NCBI RefSeq assembly: GCF_001194135.2
Contig: NC_068984.1
Coordinates: 121,851,428-121,889,598, forward strand
Reading direction: 5' to 3'
Length of the DNA: 38,171 nt
Origin: Octopus bimaculoides
Lineage: Eukaryota
The notes beneath the pieces are model-generated. The model had not been told where the DNA came from. It saw nothing but the letters and a program-made list of their open reading frames with translations, and made no database searches. This document shows positions 33,744 through 38,171 of this stretch, one piece after another (the first letter of the stretch is position 1; the number at the start of each line of letters is the position of its first letter). The translations under genes and the position numbers were made by a program.

Positions 33744-34493
33744 ATCAGTCTCAGTACTTAGAAGGATGAAAATCCAAGTTGACAACAAGAAGATTTGAAC
33801 TTAAAAAATAAAGAACCATTACTAAATACCACAAGTCATTTTATTTGCACTCTACAAATTCTTCCTCATCACCACCTTATATATTAGCAGTTATTTCCAG
33901 GAGTTTATTATTATTATTATACCAACATAGACTGTTCTTTAGATTCATTTGTGCTATGTCTGTAGCATTGCCATTCATCCTTTTGGGGTTGATTAAATAA
34001 GTACCAGTTATGCACTGGGGTCGATGTAATCGACTTCATCTCTTTGTCGATCCTTGTTTGTCCCCTCTATGTTTAGCCACCTGTGGGCAATAAATAAATA
34101 AATAAATATTCATTAACTCCACTTCTAGGCCTTATTTGGAAAAGACTTCTCATTGTTACATTATGATGTAATTTCTCAAAGTTCTTGATATTGCAAATTA
34201 ATGTAATTTATTAAAGGATTCATTATTGTATGATAAGGGAATTCATTTTTTATGTTGTGTTCTTTTAAACATTGAATTGATATAACTAGCTATTTCATTA
34301 TCATGGAATAATATGTCAGCTCAAGATTTTGATTTAAATACAAACACTTTCATACCTGTGGTCTCAAGGGAGTTGGGACCAGAGATGTTTCAGGTGGGTT
34401 GAAAGACTGAAGCCTACATATTATTTGTGTTGTGAAGATGAAATTATGATATTAAAATATGACAAATTTAATTATTTTCTTTTGTTATTGCAG

Positions 34494-34598
34494 ATCCCAC
34501 TATGATGACTGATATGTTAAAAGGGAATGTTACCAATGTTCTACCAATGATCATAATTGGTGGGTGGATCAATTGGGCCTTCTCAGGATTTCTCACCA
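34494..34598 (+). CDS. EMC3: EMC3 exon 4
   Basis: TTGCAG acceptor, GTAAGT donor, 105 nt, phase 1 to 1. Encodes (D)[34 protein letters not shown]. Confidence 0.97.
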
Positions 34599-35074
34599 GT
34601 AAGTCTTGTATTAAGTTTTAACTTCATTCTTTATTGCTAGATATTTATAAAAATTGTGCTTTATAGTGGCTATGAGTTCAGCTTTTACGATGCAGTTGTT
34701 GTGTTTGAGTTTTTTTTTTTTTTGGTTTTTCTTCTGAGGAGCAGGGTCTCTGACCATTGCAGGAACTTTCATGCTAATGAGAGTGGTGAAGTTGATGTTC
34801 AACTTGAAATTTTGTGGGTTGATTCTTGTATTTAAAAATATCAGTGGAGCAGGGATTTGAAGAAGGCTTAACTTCTTTCTTTGTTAAGAAAGGGTTGGGA
34901 AAAGTATATAGCATAAGATTTCGGATGTGAAACACAATAAGGATGACAAAAAAGAGAGGAGAAATTCGACTGGATTGGACTGTAGGGATATAATAAGTTC
35001 AGAGGAGTAACAATCATTGTAGTGTTAACGGAAGAGGTAGATGTAGTATCATCATTTAACATCCACGCCACCTA

Positions 35075-35270
35075 TGTTAGCCAAGGGAAAGGCAAAGGCC
35101 AATACAGCTTGGCACCAGTGATGCTGTATCTCATTTCTACAGATGAATGAACTGGAGCAATGTGAAATAAAGCGTCTTGCTCAAGAACACAAAACACAGC
35201 CTGGTCTGGAAACAAACTCACTACCTCATGATTGTGAGCCTGATGCTCTAACCACTGAGCCTTAAGCCAA
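35075..35270 (-). mobile_element. Decayed SINE related to 33033-33286
   Basis: ACTGGAGCAATGTGAAATAAAGCGTCTTGCTCAAGAACACAA and CTCTAACCACTGAGCC are the reverse complement of that family's core and head. Confidence 0.65.
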
Positions 35271-35769
35271 AGCACCAGTTATGGGTCAAATAGTGAATGA
35301 TGGACCTATCACTAAGGCTTACAAGATTCAGAGAAGAGCTGATCTCTAGACACGTCACACAGACCCATCAGTGTGTGAACATGCACCAATGTCATATGAA
35401 CCATTCTCTTTTCCTAAGACTTAACTAGGCTTTGTACTTCAAGAATATGTTCAGGAGAGCAGGAGACTAACAGAGTAAACTGTAAATGAACTTGCAGAAA
35501 GCAATGGAGAACTATTGCTATATCTTTCCCAAGAAAAATTATGAATCTTCAGACTTTGGCATAGAGCGCCATGATTGCTGGTGCCTGTAGGAATGGCATG
35601 TGGAGAGAGAGATTCTGGTATTGATTACACTTCTGGAGGGTCAACTGCTTAGAACTTGTCTTAGTCAGGTGTGTTGGTTTGGCTGAACCTAAGCATTTCA
35701 TAAATCATCTATCTGATCATCCCAATATATTTTGTGAGACATATTATTACGATATTTAGAACTTAAAAT

Positions 35770-35905
35770 CTAGTGTTAGGAAGGGCATTCAGCCGTAAAA
35801 ACCGTGCCAAAACAGTCACAGAAGTCTGGTGCAGTCTTCTGTCTTGCCAGCTCCTGTCAAACTGTTCAACCCATGCCAGCATGGAAGGCAGATGTTAAAT
35901 GATGA
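35770..35905 (+). mobile_element. RTE-type 3' end, short
   Basis: TTAGGAAGGGCATTCAGCCGTAAAAACCGTGCC...CAACCCATGCCAGCATGGAAGGCAGATGTTAAATGATGAC. Confidence 0.75.
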
Positions 35906-36035
35906 CGAGGTTAAAGTAACTCAACAGTGTGGACTTCTTAAATTCTATTTTAACTGTTGCAGAACATTATCTCAATGGTTCCTAGTTATATTGATCCACT
36001 TGTTGCTATATATTTTATTGTGCTCCTCTTAAGTT

Positions 36036-36405
36036 TTAACCAGCCTAAATATTTTATGTGTTGTACATTCAAACTGGCTGTATCTAGCCTCTTGCACCTT
36101 ACCTACACTAACATTCTAAAAAATAAACAATCATATCATCAAAACCCTTAAACTATAAAATAATGTATAATTAATTCAAAATAAATTTGAATCATCATCA
36201 TCATCATCATCGTTTAACGTCCGCCTTCCATGCTAGCATGGGTTGGACGATTTGACTGAGGACTGGTGAAACCGGATGGCAACACCAGGCTCCAATCTAA
36301 TTTGGCAGAGTTTCTACAGCTGGATGCCCTTCCTAACGCCAACCACTCAGAGAGTGAATAAAAAAAGTATTATATTTAACAGTAATCTGAATGCTAAAGG
36401 GTTAA
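36036..36405. mobile_element. piggyBac-like MITE interrupted by a young RTE-type 3' insertion (36193-36356)
   Basis: MITE internal sequence resumes after the insert and ends CTGAATGCTAAAGGG-TTAA (36402-36405). TGAAT occurs on both sides of the insert. The left MITE end is degenerate. Confidence 0.78.
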
Positions 36406-36447
36406 ATAAATTGCTCATATGTAATCCTTGTTACAATTGTTTTTCAG

Positions 36448-36529
36448 CAAAAGTACCATTTCCTCTCACATTACGTTTTAAACCAATGTTGCAACGCGGT
36501 ATTGAACTTGTATCATTGGATGCATCCTG
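36448..36529 (+). CDS. EMC3: EMC3 exon 5 (gene continues beyond the window)
   Basis: TTTTCAG acceptor, GTAAGT donor, 82 nt. Encodes (T)[26 protein letters not shown](W). Confidence 0.97.
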
Positions 36530-36605
36530 GTAAGTTAATTTTTAATCTGTGGATGTGCATATGCTATATATATTTCATTTGTCCATGCTAACATGATTTG
36601 CACAA

Positions 36606-36606
<1 letters not shown>

Positions 36607-36662
<56 letters not shown>
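36607..36662. repeat. (TA)n microsatellite
   Basis: Uninterrupted TA run. Other TA, TG and CAT runs lie near 7435, 17770, 20405, 31000-31150 and 32320-32460. Confidence 0.95.
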
Positions 36663-36663
<1 letters not shown>

Positions 36664-37104
36664 CACGCACTTAGATAGATAGACATACATTAATTAATCA
36701 GTTGTATGATTCGTTAGAATCTAGGCATTTTAATATTCAGATCACTGGGTAAGAGTTGAATTCTATGTACATAGACGTATCCAATATATACAACACAATG
36801 TATGCGTTTATATACAAATAAACACGCATGCACACACACAGGTTCAAGTTATAGATCCAATATAGAGGAGGTTCTAGGTATGTCATTTGTATAAAATAAG
36901 AATGCTAATGGATTTTAAAATCCATTTGTGTTGTTATGTGTGTGTCTTTTATTCTTTTACTTGTTTCAGTCATTTGATATGGCCATGTTGGGCCACTCAA
37001 ATACATATATATATACACACACTCATATCATCATCATCATCATTTAACGTCCGCTTTCCATGCTGGTGGGCGTTTTATATATATATATATATATATATAC
37101 ATAC

Positions 37105-37600
37105 GACAAGTTTCTTTTGACTGGCACTTCTTGATACAGCTGTTCTCATTCAAACATCTCACATGTCCATACATGTGCAGACTTCTTTCTTGCACACTAC
37201 ATCTGATTCCTCTTACATCTAGTTTTTCTCTCAACACATTTGTACTATGCCTTTCATCTACACTTACATTGCACATCCCACAGAACATTCCTGCTTCATT
37301 TCTTTGTAGTCCTCTCAAATCCTCTGCATTCAAGGCCCAGGTCTTACTACCATGCAGCTTTGCAGACATCATACGATATGCCTTTCATTCTAAGAGGAAA
37401 AGGCTTTTTACCAGTTGTAGTAGCTCCTTGATCTTTCGGCAATCCATTCTTAATCTGATTATATTGCCTTATATATATAGCTCAGCAGGGAGTTGACGAC
37501 CACCTTTTACACATCCATCTTTTTACCACTTAAAAGCATATTGTTCTCTGTCATGCACTGACTTACAGATTCTGTTGAGGGTCTCTTAAGTATATGGCTC
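37105..37600 (-). mobile_element. RTE-clade LINE ORF C-terminal fragment (decayed)
   Basis: The minus strand gives RIRMDCRKIKELL...LHGSKTWALNAEDLRGLQRNEAGMFCGMCNVSVDERHSTNVLREKLDVRGIRCSVQERSLHMYGHV, matching the post-RT L(Y/H)GSETW...R(R)L.WYGHV region. Confidence 0.85.
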
Positions 37601-37811
37601 CACCAGATTTCTTGATTACTGTTGGTATATGACATGTTCAGTGTACTTTGTTAAACTGCTTTTATGAGATGTGTCTTGATGATCAAACACTTCTTTTTTG
37701 AGACTCATACCCCTACAAAATAAGCCTAATAAATATCTCAGACAATTCTAGTGAAAACATACAAGCAGTCTCACATGTCTTTGATGGCTAATATATATAT
37801 ATATATATAAA

Positions 37812-38171
37812 GAGAATGAATGGGAGAAAGAGAGCCTGCCGTATGTTGACCCAATAGAGGGACCAGCTATCCGAGTTGATAGTACCAGGGTAGATAAAGC
37901 AATTAAGAGTATGAAGACCGGGAAAGCCCCCGGCCCATCAGGAATCACTGCAGAGATGCTCAAAATATCTGGCAGTGTTGGCTATAGCCTAGTCACCCGT
38001 ATTACGAACCAGGTGATACACGAAGGAGTCATACCCAATGACTGGTGTAGCAGCATCATAGTCAACTGCTACAAAGGTAAAGGTGACGCTTTAGATACAA
38101 ATAATTACAGAGGCATCAAGCTGTTAGATCAGGTTATGAAAGTTACAGAGAGGGTCATAGCCCAACTAATT
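37812..38171 (+). mobile_element. RTE-clade LINE ORF, pre-RT/RT N-terminal region; 120 codons without a stop to the window end
   Basis: Encodes ENEWEKESLPYVDPIEGPAIRVDSTRVDKAIKSMKTGKAPGPSGITAEMLK...IPNDWCSSIIVNCYKGKGDALDTNNYRGIKLLDQVMKVTERVIAQLI. K.GKAPGP.GI..E, P.DW and NYRGI.LL are non-LTR RT-proximal motifs. Confidence 0.93.

Overview
AT-rich, repeat-dense metazoan genomic DNA with three N gaps. The SINE and RTE repeat families suggest an Octopus genome; this is an inference from pattern recognition, not a database match. Three spliced protein-coding genes can be rebuilt exon by exon with GT-AG introns and consistent phases. (1) The 3' five coding exons of an ADP-ribosylglycohydrolase-family gene (ARH/DraG/crystallin-J1-like; + strand, 919-7988), whose C-terminal metal-binding motif reads DSAS instead of D-x-D-T. 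(2) A complete 5-exon UXT gene (prefoldin alpha-like; - strand, 17751-11236; 153 aa). (3) The first five coding exons of EMC3/TMEM111 (+ strand, 25063-36529; continues past the window). The rest is introns and intergenic DNA holding tRNA-derived SINEs, RTE LINE fragments, a decayed CRE-clade retrotransposon, a mariner fragment, TTAA-flanked piggyBac-like MITEs, minisatellites, microsatellites and several inverted repeats. I see no clear new multi-gene system. The best leads are the probable ARH pseudoenzyme, the in-frame fit of the two RTE pieces at the window ends, the CRE remnant upstream of UXT, the long palindrome at 19950-20169, and inverted repeats bracketing exons. Exon coordinates are counted exactly; repeat boundaries are approximate unless a target-site duplication is cited.
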